Below, in pieces: positions 28,496 to 38,563 of a stretch of 64,000 nucleotides of DNA; position 1 is the first letter of the stretch; the number at the start of each line of letters is the position of its first letter. The notes beneath the pieces are model-generated. The model was not told the origin of the DNA, did not search any database, and saw only the letters and a list, made by a program, of their open reading frames with translations. This DNA comes from Candidatus Latescibacterota bacterium (GTDB taxonomy: Bacteria; Latescibacterota; UBA2968; GCA-2709665): the NCBI GenBank assembly GCA_963667175.2, contig CAXXXF010000013.1, forward strand, positions 176,705 through 240,704, given 5' to 3'. Both the position numbers and the translations under genes were made by a program.

Positions 28496-29692
28496 ATGAT
28501 TCCTCGAAAAAGATTGGACATCGGCTGGCGCGATCTCTTCTTCGGCATGGGCCAATGCCTATCGGGCGATAACCGCGCGAAAGGGCACGCTGCCTGCCGC
28601 GAAAACACCGGCAATCCCGACGAGGCCCTTTTCTTTCTTTCGCTTCGCAGCGGCTTCGATGCCGTTCTCCAGGCGGCCCGTTTTCCGCGTGGATCGCACG
28701 TCCTCGTGTCCGCCATCACCATCCCCGACATACTCGAAATCATCAGGAGCCACGGTCTCGTGCCCGTTCCGGTCGATCTGGATCCCCAAACGCTCGAACC
28801 CGATCCGGACAGCCTGAACAGCGGGCTTACGCCAAGAGCCGTCGCGCTGCTGGCCACCCATCTATTCGGGGCGCGTATCCCAATGGATCCCCTGGTGCGC
28901 TTCGCGCGAAAGCATGGCCTGGTGCTGTTCGAAGACTGCGCCCAGGCCTATTGCGGTGACGGCTTTACTGGTCATCCGGAGAGCCACGTGCGCATGTTCA
29001 GCTTCGGCCCGATCAAGTACTATACCGCGTTGGGCGGCGGCCTGCTCTTCGTGCGCGATCCCGACCTCCGAGACGAGGTCAGACGGTTGCATCACAGCTA
29101 TCCGGTCCAGGGCAAGGCACGGTTCTTCTTGCGCCTCGCAAAATACGGCGTCGTTCTCCTGCTCAACAGACCCGGTCCCTATACGCTTCTATGCGCCGCG
29201 TGCCGCCTGCTGGGCATGTCGCACGATGCCGTGAGTTACCGCGCAACCCGCGGTTTCCGGGGGTTGGAACTGCTCAAGAAAATCCGCCGTCAACCCTGCG
29301 GCGCCCTTTTGCATTTATTGTCGAGGCGACTGCGCTCCAATGCACAGGAGCGCACGGGTTGCCGTAAGGAGGTCATCGCGTTTCATCGAAGCGTTCCGGA
29401 ACTCTGTTATCCGGGCCGACGCGCGGACCACTCGTACTGGCTCTTCGTCGTCCGTGTCGGAAATGCCGCGGACTTGTGTCGGCAACTCTGGGACGCCGGC
29501 TTCGACGCGCACCTGTGGCCGCCGTCGCTATGCGTGGTCCCGCCAGACCGTAATCTGCCGGGCCAGGCGCCAACTTTCGTCAGGGCGCTGTGGCCGCAAC
29601 TCCTGTTCCTTCCCGTTTACCCCCTCGTGGGGCGGGTCCGCGCGGGGCGTCTGAGCCGTATCGTGGGGAAGTGGGTCCGGATGCATGGGTGA
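28496..29692 (+). CDS. DegT/DnrJ/EryC1/StrS-family PLP aminotransferase
   Basis: VPVDLD, THLFG, FEDCAQ and FSFGPIK..TALGGG. Start placed at ATG 28496. Confidence 0.8.
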   Translation: MIPRKRLDIGWRDLFFGMGQCLSGDNRAKGHAACRENTGNPDEALFFLSLRSGFDAVLQAARFPRGSHVLVSAITIPDILEIIRSHGLVPVPVDLDPQTLEPDPDSLNSGLTPRAVALLATHLFGARIPMDPLVRFARKHGLVLFEDCAQAYCGDGFTGHPESHVRMFSFGPIKYYTALGGGLLFVRDPDLRDEVRRLHHSYPVQGKARFFLRLAKYGVVLLLNRPGPYTLLCAACRLLGMSHDAVSYRATRGFRGLELLKKIRRQPCGALLHLLSRRLRSNAQERTGCRKEVIAFHRSVPELCYPGRRADHSYWLFVVRVGNAADLCRQLWDAGFDAHLWPPSLCVVPPDRNLPGQAPTFVRALWPQLLFLPVYPLVGRVRAGRLSRIVGKWVRMHG

Positions 29693-29963
29693 AACTCCCA
29701 TCCCAATTGCAATCATCCCTCCCTGCCGCGGCCCGCGCGGCTGGGCCACCTTGTCTTCGGGGTCTACCCGTTCTCCCTGCAAATGCGACCCGGGACACCC
29801 CGATCCTGAATCCGCAGCCCCGGACGCGGGGTCATCAGAAACCGTCCGCCTATTTTGGTTTTTCCGCCGGTGTCTTGATATTATATTTGACCCGATCGAT
29901 CCACCCTTCCATCTGAAACATCCGCTCCCCGGCGCCGCGCGGAAACCCAACGGAGGCAATCCT

Positions 29964-31826
29964 ATGTCTGGTTCAAATACCGAAGCGATGGGTAACGGCT
30001 TTTTTCATCACGGCGTCGCCACCCCGATCAGCAACCATCGTGGCACGGCCGTAACGGTGGACGGCGAGGGCCGTAACGTTGTTCTGATCTGGCTTTACGA
30101 CCACCGCGGCGGATACGCGCTTCTCATGATCGATGCGGAAACCGGCAAGAGCGAAGAATTCCTCATGCCGTATCCGCCGGGCGGCGACGGACCCTTCGCG
30201 GCCATCCTGTCCAGCCGAAACAGGTACTACACCCACTTCAACAGCCACTTTGTGGAATTTAACCCCGAAGAGCGCGCATTCACCTTCCATCACAAGACCG
30301 TGCCGCAGATGGCCATGAGCATGACCGAGGACGACGACGGCCGCATCTGGTCCGGAACGTACCCAAACAGCGCGGTGGCATCCTACAACCCCCGGACCGG
30401 AGAGTTCCGCGACTACGGCAATCTCTACGACCAGAACTGGCGTCAGTATCCCAGAGCGATCGCGGCCGACGATACCGGTTGGGTCTATTTCGGCATCGGC
30501 AGCACCGCCAGTCAGATTATTTCCCTGGATCCGGAAAGCGGAAAGGCGGAACCTCTCCTTGTCGAAAGCGAGCGAAGCCAGGCCCACGCGCCGGTGTACC
30601 GTGACCTGAACGGAAAGGTCTACGGGCACACAAGCGGCGGAACCGAAGATGGGTGGATGGAACTGTATCGGGGTGTGAGAACGGACGTCGGCAAGATCGA
30701 GAACAGACGTGAAAAACCCTTTATCGCCGGCAGTCAGGGCCTCTTCCACACCGATTTCCCCGACGGCAGGCGTATGGTCGCATGCAGCCTGGTCGACCGT
30801 ACTCTGGACGTGGAGGATCCCCGTTCCGGCGAAATCCGCCGGGTTTCATTCGACTATTCGAGCGAAGGCGCCCACATTATGGGCGTTGCAACGGCGCCCG
30901 ACAATACCGTCTGCGGGGGCACCGCCTTTCCCATGCACTTCTTCAGCTTCAATCCGGAAACCGACGCCTGGACCAACCGTCCGGCACTGGGGCAGTGGAA
31001 TACCGTCGCCAGAGAAGGTGGAATGTTCTTCATTGGCGCATACACCCACGGACTGCTTGAAGAATGGGACCCGGCCAGACCGTGGGTACACACAGAGCGT
31101 GGCAAGGCCGGCTGCAACCCGGATTTGCTATACGAATGCCACGAGGTCATCAACCGGCCTCACATGCTGCTTGCCCATCCGAACGGGAGAACCGTCGTCC
31201 TTGCCGGTACCCCCGGATACGGGTTGACAGGCGGCGGGATGCTGTTCTGGGACAGGCAGACCCGCAAGCACACCCTGCTCGAGCATACCGACGTCCTGCC
31301 CGACCAATCCACAATGAGCCTGGCGCCCCTGCCCGACGGCAAGCTTCTGGGGGGCACCACGACCAGCGCCGGTACGGGCGGCGAACAGAAAGCCAGTGAA
31401 GCAGAACTCTATATCATGGACATGGAATCGAAGCGGCTCGACTGGCACGCCGTAGTGTTCCCCGGCGCGCAGGGGTATACCGATATGTGTTCGGGGCCGA
31501 ATGGTGTCGTCTACGGCGTGGTCGACCGCAGGCGCTTTTTCGTCTTCGATCCCGGAGCCAGGGGGGTGGTCCACCAGAAGGAGCTCGAATCCGAGTTCGG
31601 CCCTACAACGTCTCAGCAGGGCCCGAGGGTGTTCGTCACCGCGCCGGACGGCGCCGTTTACATCCTCTTCACGAAGGGTATCGCCACCGTGGATCCCGAC
31701 ACGTACGCGATCCGGTTGCTGGCGGAATCGCCCGTACCCATCGGTCCGGGAGGAGACATCCTCAACGGCCGCATCTACTTCGGCAGCGGGTCCCACGTAT
31801 ACAGCTACAGGGTCCCGGAAGCGTAG
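29964..31826 (+). CDS. Hypothetical beta-propeller protein
   Basis: GGAGG SD. Repeated blades (DDDGRIWSGTYP, DTGWVYFG, PDGKLLGGT, GPNGVVYG, APDGAVY). Confidence 0.7.
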   Translation: MSGSNTEAMGNGFFHHGVATPISNHRGTAVTVDGEGRNVVLIWLYDHRGGYALLMIDAETGKSEEFLMPYPPGGDGPFAAILSSRNRYYTHFNSHFVEFNPEERAFTFHHKTVPQMAMSMTEDDDGRIWSGTYPNSAVASYNPRTGEFRDYGNLYDQNWRQYPRAIAADDTGWVYFGIGSTASQIISLDPESGKAEPLLVESERSQAHAPVYRDLNGKVYGHTSGGTEDGWMELYRGVRTDVGKIENRREKPFIAGSQGLFHTDFPDGRRMVACSLVDRTLDVEDPRSGEIRRVSFDYSSEGAHIMGVATAPDNTVCGGTAFPMHFFSFNPETDAWTNRPALGQWNTVAREGGMFFIGAYTHGLLEEWDPARPWVHTERGKAGCNPDLLYECHEVINRPHMLLAHPNGRTVVLAGTPGYGLTGGGMLFWDRQTRKHTLLEHTDVLPDQSTMSLAPLPDGKLLGGTTTSAGTGGEQKASEAELYIMDMESKRLDWHAVVFPGAQGYTDMCSGPNGVVYGVVDRRRFFVFDPGARGVVHQKELESEFGPTTSQQGPRVFVTAPDGAVYILFTKGIATVDPDTYAIRLLAESPVPIGPGGDILNGRIYFGSGSHVYSYRVPEA

Positions 31827-31963
31827 GAAACCACGGATACACCTTCGATCCCTGAGGGGCAGTGCCCCTGAGGATGGAGGTGGATTGTCCGAACGCGGGG
31901 CGGATCGGGAATCGGAAGGCAATCGTCTCAGGGGAACGCGCCGGGTTGATTAACCTGACGCGC

Positions 31964-33250
31964 TCAACGTGAGCGGGGCCCGGTATCGGGCAGGTCCGGC
32001 ATCACCTCGTTCGCCGTTATCTGCTCAAGCGTCTGTCGTTTCCGAATCAGGCGCAGCGTTCCGTCGGGGGCCTGCAGTACCTCAGCGGCCTCGGGAAACG
32101 AATTGTAATTCTTCGACGCCATGCCCGAACAGTACGCGCCGGACCCGCCCACCGCCAGCAGATCGCCGATCCTCGCTTCGGCAAGCAGGCGGGGTCGCAA
32201 TCCTTCGGGATCTCCAGGGGCCGGCGTCAGCACATCCCCGCTTTCGCAGCAATGTCCTGCAACCAGATATTCTCTCTGCCGCCGCGACCCCGGCTGCGCG
32301 GGCACGGTCATGATCGGGTGCTGCGCACCGTAAAGGCTGATGCGCAACAGCTCGGTCATACCGGCATCCACCTTCAAGAACTCGTACCCGTCCCTGCCCG
32401 TATCGACACAGTCGATCACCGAACAGATCAGCGCTCCCGCATTGGCCACCAGAAAGGTGCCGGGTTCGACCTCCAGCCGAAGCCTGCGCCCATGATCGCT
32501 CCGAAAGGCCCGAAACGCTTCCATAACATGCGTTCCGATCCTCTTCAGGTCGGTAGACGCCTCCCCTGGCATACGTCCTACCTTGAATCCGCCTCCGAGG
32601 CTGAGCACCTCCACCTTCGGCAGCCTGGCGGCGATGCGCAGAGAAATCATCGCGCAGTGTTCCCAGACCTCGGGATCGTTTCCAGAACCGATGTGGGTAT
32701 GCATACCCGAAATCCGCAAGTTGCAGACCCTGGCGATAGCCAGCACGTCATCCAGATGCTCGTGCCAGATTCCGAAACTGGCGGATGGACCGCCGACATT
32801 GGTTTTCTTGCTATGGCCCGATCCCAGACCGGGGTTCATTCGTACGGTCAGGGAACATCCCGGAAACAGTTCCCCGTAGTCCCGCAACTGCTGCAGAGAA
32901 CAGGCATTGAATCTGACGCCCTGTTTCACCAGGCTTTCCAGATTTTCGGGCGTACGCTGTGCCGTAAGCTGGATCTGCCCTGGAGGCACGCCGGCCCGCA
33001 TGGCCCGCTCCGCTTCGTAACCGCTGCTGGCATCGATGTGCAACCCCGCCCGGTTGAGTATTCGCACAACCGCCGCTGTCGGTAACGCCTTCATTGCGTA
33101 CCGGGCGGTCAATCCAAAGGCATGCGGAAAATCCAGCACGTCACTCGCCCGGGCTTCCAATGTCGCCTGATCATAGACGAAGACAGGCGTGCCGAACCGG
33201 CGCCCGATCTCACGGATTTTTTCCTCGGTCAAGAACGCAAGCTGATCCAT
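31964..33250 (-). CDS. lysA: Diaminopimelate decarboxylase
   Basis: FGTPVFVYD, YAMKA, DASSGYE, HTHIGSG, LGGGF, EPG, CCESGD and GAY. Confidence 0.92.
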   Translation of the reverse strand: MDQLAFLTEEKIREIGRRFGTPVFVYDQATLEARASDVLDFPHAFGLTARYAMKALPTAAVVRILNRAGLHIDASSGYEAERAMRAGVPPGQIQLTAQRTPENLESLVKQGVRFNACSLQQLRDYGELFPGCSLTVRMNPGLGSGHSKKTNVGGPSASFGIWHEHLDDVLAIARVCNLRISGMHTHIGSGNDPEVWEHCAMISLRIAARLPKVEVLSLGGGFKVGRMPGEASTDLKRIGTHVMEAFRAFRSDHGRRLRLEVEPGTFLVANAGALICSVIDCVDTGRDGYEFLKVDAGMTELLRISLYGAQHPIMTVPAQPGSRRQREYLVAGHCCESGDVLTPAPGDPEGLRPRLLAEARIGDLLAVGGSGAYCSGMASKNYNSFPEAAEVLQAPDGTLRLIRKRQTLEQITANEVMPDLPDTGPRSR

Positions 33251-33263
33251 CTTCGCTCCCTGA

Positions 33264-33423
33264 CAGTCCGTTGAAAAAGTCGCTCTGCAGGCGAGGCCGA
33301 GTCATTGTGGCCGAAGGCAAGGCGCGCGACCGACGCGAATCCCCGGATTCGGGGAGGGAGCGCAACGCCGTATCTCGATCACAAGGGCCGGGCGCAGCCC
33401 GGATGGACTTTTTCAACGGGCTG
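33264..33423. mobile_element. MITE copy 2 (160 bp)
   Basis: Same terminal inverted repeats as 10050-10242. CTGA target duplication at 33260-63 and 33424-27. Confidence 0.9.
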
Positions 33424-33600
33424 CTGAGCTTCGAATTGCCGGAATTCGGCTTGACTCACTTTCCGAAAAACGGAATATTGATTAAATCACCTTGTGCTGC
33501 GGGCTGGTCTGCATTACGTCTGTACAATGGGAAAGCCGTGCGCCAGAAGTGCAGCAACGCACGGCCCGAGTTTTCGCAGCCCGCCGTCCGGCTTCAACAC

Positions 33601-33686
33601 TGGTGCGGAAGGGGGGATTCGAACCCCCACGGGCAATGCCCACCAGATCCTAAATCTGACGTGTCTGCCAATTCCACCACTTCCGC
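33601..33686 (-). tRNA. tRNA-Leu (TAG)
   Basis: GCGGAAG acceptor stem, D-loop GGAATTGGCAGAC, anticodon loop TTTAGGA, long variable arm, GGTTCGAATCC and encoded CCA. Confidence 0.95.
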
Positions 33687-33976
33687 ATGAAATACAGTGC
33701 GTTACCCTTCGAAATCATCCGCACTGCGCGTCATTTCCAAGCGACGTCGTGCTATAGAGCAACCGCCTAAAATAACGGGAAATACACAAAAAAGTCAACC
33801 GCTATTGTCTTCTCCTGACCGCGGTGTCGTTCCCGTCCGGCGCATGTAGACGCGGGCGCTGAGACAGCCTGCAAGGTCGTGAAACGGGACGCCCCGAGAC
33901 CTTCCAGGAGTGCGTCGCCGCTGTTTTTTCAGGATGCCTCTCGTTCATTCGCGAAAACAGGCGGCGCCTTGAGAAC

Positions 33977-36349
33977 ATGAACTCGCATCAGTCACATCCT
34001 GTATCTGCACCCTGGAAGGCGATTCACCGCGCTTCCGGCGCGCTTCTGCTCCTGGCGTCGCTTCTGGTCAGTACGGCGCTTGCGCGGACGGCGCCCGGGC
34101 CGACTCGCGTCCGTCCGGCGGCAATCGCGATGGATTCGATGCTCTACGAGTATTCAGCCGACCGGGTTGAGGACGACGTTGCAGCGGGTCGCGTCGTCTT
34201 CACGGGAAACGTCGTCGTCAAATACAGGGACGTGGAACTGCGCGCCGGTCGTATCGTCCTGTACCGGGATGCGAAGCGCCTGGAGGCCGAGGCTCTGCCG
34301 GATTCCTCCGGGGCGAAAACCATAGGAATGCCCGAGTTCGTCCGTGGCAGCGAACGGTTCACCGGTTCGTCGATGGTCTACAACCTGGAGACCGGCCGCG
34401 GCCGGGTGCAAGGAGGCCGGGCCCGTCACCGGCGTCGATATTATCGGGGCGAGCGGATCCTCCTCGATCGCCGGCGTGAACTTCACGCCCGTGCGATTTC
34501 CATGTCCTCCTGCGACAAAGACCACACCCACTACGACTTTCTGTGCCAGGCGCTGAAGGTGGTTGAGAACGACAAGGCCATTGCGCGCTCCGTTACCTTT
34601 CGCGTCGGTCCGGTCCCCTTGATGTGGCTGCCGTTCTACGTCTTTCCGCTCACGCAGGGCCGGCGTTCCGGCATTCTGACCCCCCGCGTCGGCAGCAACA
34701 GCCGCGACGGCGTAACCGTAAGCAATATCGGCTACTATTGGGCGCCGAGCGACTATTGGGACGCCACGTTGAAGACGGCCCTGCGGGAGCGCAACGGTTT
34801 CCTCTTTGACGCGGGCATCGACTACGCCGTGCGCAGACGACTCAGCGGCTACGTGAATCTTTCCTTTGAGCGGGGCCGGCGGCCGTCGGGTGATTCGCAT
34901 CGTGCCTGGCGTTTGAACTTCCACCATCAGCACCGCCTGAATCCGACGCTCAACATGAGAGCCAGGGGGGACTTTACGAACAGCTCCAGTTTCGACCTTC
35001 ACAATTCCAACAACCTCTATCGTTATCTGAATCGACAACTCAGGTCGTCCTTTTCCATGGACAAGCGCTGGACGGAAGCCAGGAGGAGCTTGGATATCAA
35101 TCTCAACTACTACCGGGACCTCGACCAGAACCAGAACCGGTTTCAGGGATTTCCCCGCCTGTCGTTCCGCCAGGGAAGGCGTCGTGTTTTCGGCCAGCCT
35201 GAAACAACGCGGGAAGCCCAATGGTACCACGCGTTCTACTACGACCTTTCCGGCGGCCTGACCAATGCCTTCACACGCAATGAGGACCCGTCGGACAACA
35301 CGCGCAATCTGACTCTCAACTCCCGTCTCGGGCTCAGCAGCCAGCACCGCCCGTTCGGATGGCTGGATCTCGCTCATCGAGTCAACGTCAGTCAGACCTC
35401 CTCGCGTCTGAACCCGGATGCGCGCACGCGCCGGGAGTCCTACAACGCCAGTCTCGCCGCAGGTACCGCGCTGTATGGCATCTTTAAGCCACGCGTTGGA
35501 CGGTTGAGGGGTATCCGGCACCGGTTTCAGCCGCAGATCGACTTCAGGTATTCCCAGAGCGCGAGGGTCGAGGGAGCCACTCTGGGCTTTCACGGCCGCC
35601 GGGACTGGAACGACCCCAGGCGAACCCTCAATATGCGGCTCAACAACACAATCGAAATCAAGACCGAGGTGGACGACAAAGTGCGGCGATCCACGTTCGC
35701 CACGGCGAGTTTCTCTACCGGGTACGACTTCGACACCAACCCGATGCGGCGATGGCGCGATCTGCGCACGTCAGCTTCGATAAAGCCGGCCCGCCGGATA
35801 GACGTTCGCCTGAATACGTCCCACACGTTTTACGACGAGGCGGACCGTCTGATCCTGCATCGCCCTCGACTTCGCAGCCTCACCGTCAACACCAGTCTTC
35901 GCTTCAGCGGCCGGACCGATCGGGGATCCGATTCGCTCCGGACCCACAGATCCATGCTGCCCTCTGCCGGTACAGGCTTTAATTTTGAAGACGACCTCTA
36001 CAGAGACTTCGGCGACGTCACACAACCGTGGCATTTCAACCTCGGACACTATTTCAGCCATCGGGAGTCTTTTGCCGCGGGCTTCGGATCCACGAAGCGC
36101 TCGTGGTTGAAGGCAGATCTGGCCCTGAATCCCACGCGCGCCTGGCGCGTCAACTACTCCGTCAACTTTGATCCGATAAACACGCGGCTTATCTCTCAGT
36201 CCGTCTATGTCTACAGGGACCTTCACTGCTGGCAAGCCACGTTCAGCTGGTATCCCACGGGCTTTAACAAGGGATTCCACTTCAAGCTCAATATCAAGGA
36301 GTTCCCCCAGATCAAACTGGAACATCGCCGGGGCGGTTTCGGGCTGTGA
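33977..36349 (+). CDS. lptD: Putative LPS assembly outer-membrane protein LptD
   Basis: Signal peptide, OstA-like N-terminus, RRSGILTP, GYYWAPSDYWD, beta-barrel strands and C-terminal RDLHCW. Confidence 0.8.
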   Translation: MNSHQSHPVSAPWKAIHRASGALLLLASLLVSTALARTAPGPTRVRPAAIAMDSMLYEYSADRVEDDVAAGRVVFTGNVVVKYRDVELRAGRIVLYRDAKRLEAEALPDSSGAKTIGMPEFVRGSERFTGSSMVYNLETGRGRVQGGRARHRRRYYRGERILLDRRRELHARAISMSSCDKDHTHYDFLCQALKVVENDKAIARSVTFRVGPVPLMWLPFYVFPLTQGRRSGILTPRVGSNSRDGVTVSNIGYYWAPSDYWDATLKTALRERNGFLFDAGIDYAVRRRLSGYVNLSFERGRRPSGDSHRAWRLNFHHQHRLNPTLNMRARGDFTNSSSFDLHNSNNLYRYLNRQLRSSFSMDKRWTEARRSLDINLNYYRDLDQNQNRFQGFPRLSFRQGRRRVFGQPETTREAQWYHAFYYDLSGGLTNAFTRNEDPSDNTRNLTLNSRLGLSSQHRPFGWLDLAHRVNVSQTSSRLNPDARTRRESYNASLAAGTALYGIFKPRVGRLRGIRHRFQPQIDFRYSQSARVEGATLGFHGRRDWNDPRRTLNMRLNNTIEIKTEVDDKVRRSTFATASFSTGYDFDTNPMRRWRDLRTSASIKPARRIDVRLNTSHTFYDEADRLILHRPRLRSLTVNTSLRFSGRTDRGSDSLRTHRSMLPSAGTGFNFEDDLYRDFGDVTQPWHFNLGHYFSHRESFAAGFGSTKRSWLKADLALNPTRAWRVNYSVNFDPINTRLISQSVYVYRDLHCWQATFSWYPTGFNKGFHFKLNIKEFPQIKLEHRRGGFGL

Positions 36350-36544
36350 GAACGGCCGTCAGGAAACCGGATCCGGCCGCGCCGTCCAGCGTTCCGGTGT
36401 CCGGTTTTGCGGCGCGTTCTTTCGCTTGCTTCGCCCTCGTGAATCGGCTAAATTAGACATTGGCATGACGGCTTGTGCCGCGTGTCGCGAATTTTCTTAC
36501 ACAACCCACCTGATGGTGGTATTTTTCGAATTCCGGGAACCAGG

Positions 36545-36982
36545 GTGCGCGCGCTTGTACAACGGGTCAGTCGTTCCGCGGTGTCCATCAACGGGCAGCT
36601 CAGCGCCGAAATCGGCCGGGGGATGCTGATTCTTCTGGGTGTCGGTCGGCAGGACGCTCCCGCCAACGTTCAGTACCTGGCCGAAAAGTGCATCCACCTT
36701 CGAATATTCGGAGACGAGCAGGGAAAGATGAACCGTTCCCTCGTCGACGTCGGCGGGCAGGCCCTGGTTGTCTCGCAGTTCACGCTCTATGGCGACACCC
36801 GGAAGGGCCGCCGTCCCGGCTATTCAGGTGCGGCCCCTCCCGGGATGGCCGAGGCGTATTATAACGATTTCGTGGACGCGTTGCGCAGCCGGGGTGTGTC
36901 CGTACGCACGGGGCGGTTCGGCGCCAACATGCAGGTTGAGATTCACAACGACGGCCCCGTCACCTTCTTGATAGAAACCTAG
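36545..36982 (+). CDS. dtd: D-aminoacyl-tRNA deacylase
   Basis: RALVQRV, LRIFGD, VSQFTL, KGRRP and NDGPVT. GTG start. Confidence 0.95.
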   Translation: MRALVQRVSRSAVSINGQLSAEIGRGMLILLGVGRQDAPANVQYLAEKCIHLRIFGDEQGKMNRSLVDVGGQALVVSQFTLYGDTRKGRRPGYSGAAPPGMAEAYYNDFVDALRSRGVSVRTGRFGANMQVEIHNDGPVTFLIET

Positions 36983-37033
36983 GAAGCGGAGCTTCGCCGT
37001 CGCGCGGCCGTACCGGGCAATACCCTTCCCATC

Positions 37034-37639
37034 ATGAAAAGACTCATCCTGGCCTCAGCATCACCAAGGCGGTCCGACCTTCTGCGTCTTCTCGGCATGT
37101 CCTTTGACGTTGTGCCGAGCAACGTTTCGGAAAACCTGGACCGATCGATTCCACCCGCCGACTACGTCCGCGAAATCTCCAGTCGAAAGGCGCGGGCGGT
37201 CGCCACCAACTTTCACGAGGAAATCGTCCTTGGCGCCGACACCGTTGTCGTGCTGGAAGGCGACATTCTAGAAAAGCCGGCAGGGGAAGACGAAGCGGTA
37301 CAAATGCTGGGCAGACTCTCAGGAAAGACGCACCGTGTATATACCGGCCTGGCGTTGATCGATACCGGGTCCGGTCGTTCTCTCCAGGACGTTGCCGTCA
37401 CGGATGTCTCCATGAGACCGATCACACCTGAGGAGATCCGGCAGTACGTTCAGACGCGGGAACCCATGGACAAGGCGGGCGCGTACGCGGTTCAGGGCAA
37501 GGCGGCAGCGTTCGTTCACTCCATCTCCGGCTGTTTCTACAATGTGGTGGGGTTGCCGCTTTCGCTCTTCTGCTCACTCCTCGAACGCATGGTGGGCGCG
37601 TCATCGTTGATGGTTGCCGCCGGACAACGCAAGGACTGA
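37034..37639 (+). CDS. maf: Maf nucleotide pyrophosphatase
   Basis: ILASASPRR, GADTVV, KP, DKAGAY and NVVGLP. Confidence 0.95.
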   Translation: MKRLILASASPRRSDLLRLLGMSFDVVPSNVSENLDRSIPPADYVREISSRKARAVATNFHEEIVLGADTVVVLEGDILEKPAGEDEAVQMLGRLSGKTHRVYTGLALIDTGSGRSLQDVAVTDVSMRPITPEEIRQYVQTREPMDKAGAYAVQGKAAAFVHSISGCFYNVVGLPLSLFCSLLERMVGASSLMVAAGQRKD

Positions 37640-37653
37640 TTTCGGAGCCTTTC

Positions 37654-38556
37654 ATGCGGGAATTCGCTTCAGAGTTGAGGACCCATCGTGAAGCCAGCGG
37701 GATGTCACTGGAAGAGTTGTTCGACCGGACGCGGATCAACCCGGAGTATCTCCGCGCTATTGAAACCGGCAACTTCGACATTCTTCCGGAAATCTATGTT
37801 CGACTCTTCCTGAAAAAATACGCACAGGAAGTCGGCCTCGACGTCGAGGAGACCCTGGGCAAATACGAAAGAGTCAGGCCCTTACCGGATTCCGGTCAGA
37901 CTGCTGTGCGCCGACCGCGCGACCGTTCCCTGCCTCTCGGACGCATCCTGGCGATTCTGAGCGTGCTGACGCTCGTTGTGGTTATCGCGTACGTTTTCCT
38001 CAGGCAAGATTCGACTTCCGCGCCGGAGGTCGTGACGGAAACGCCGACGTCGGGGAACGTCGTACCGTCGACGACGTCCGCACCGGAACCTTCAACGGCG
38101 CCGGAGCCCGTGATCCCTCCTGAAGCGGCCACCGGCCACGTCGCCGCAGCGAAGCCGGAATCCCTTTCTGCTCCGCCACAGGAGCCGGACAATACGCTGA
38201 ACTCCCTACACGGCGAACAGGTGGTGTCGTCCTATTCGCTTTCGCAGCAGTATTCGGGCATTTGGGAAGACGAAATCATCCTGTCCGCTCGTGCGCTGTT
38301 GGACACCAGGATGAGCGTCTTCAGCGACGGTGATTCCTCCTTTGAAGGGGGCCTGCTGTCCGGTACCAGCCGCCAGTGGACCGCACGCGATCGGTTCCGT
38401 GTGGAAATTGAAGACCCCGCAGCCGTCACCCTCTCCCTGCAGGACAAGCCCGTTTCCCTACCTGCAAAACACGGCCGCAAGCACCGTCTGTTCATCTCCC
38501 GATCCACCATTTGGGTTGAAGAGATTGAATCCGTGGCCCAGCCCCCCGTGCGTTGA
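37654..38556 (+). CDS. rodZ: RodZ-like protein (HTH-TM-DUF4115)
   Basis: HTH_25 (TRINPEYLRAIETG...YVRLFLKKYA), one TM, Pro/Thr linker and C-terminal beta domain. Confidence 0.7.
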   Translation: MREFASELRTHREASGMSLEELFDRTRINPEYLRAIETGNFDILPEIYVRLFLKKYAQEVGLDVEETLGKYERVRPLPDSGQTAVRRPRDRSLPLGRILAILSVLTLVVVIAYVFLRQDSTSAPEVVTETPTSGNVVPSTTSAPEPSTAPEPVIPPEAATGHVAAAKPESLSAPPQEPDNTLNSLHGEQVVSSYSLSQQYSGIWEDEIILSARALLDTRMSVFSDGDSSFEGGLLSGTSRQWTARDRFRVEIEDPAAVTLSLQDKPVSLPAKHGRKHRLFISRSTIWVEEIESVAQPPVR

Positions 38557-38563
38557 TCCGTCA

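Noticed and set aside
28496-29692. DegT aminotransferase as a tailoring enzyme of the peptide cluster
   Set aside because: Separated by about 350 bp, and this family acts on sugars or small molecules. Nothing links it to the peptides.
33601-33686. tRNA-Leu as an integration site for the left-hand islands
   Set aside because: No duplicated tRNA 3' end or integrase was noticed, and core lysA lies directly downstream.
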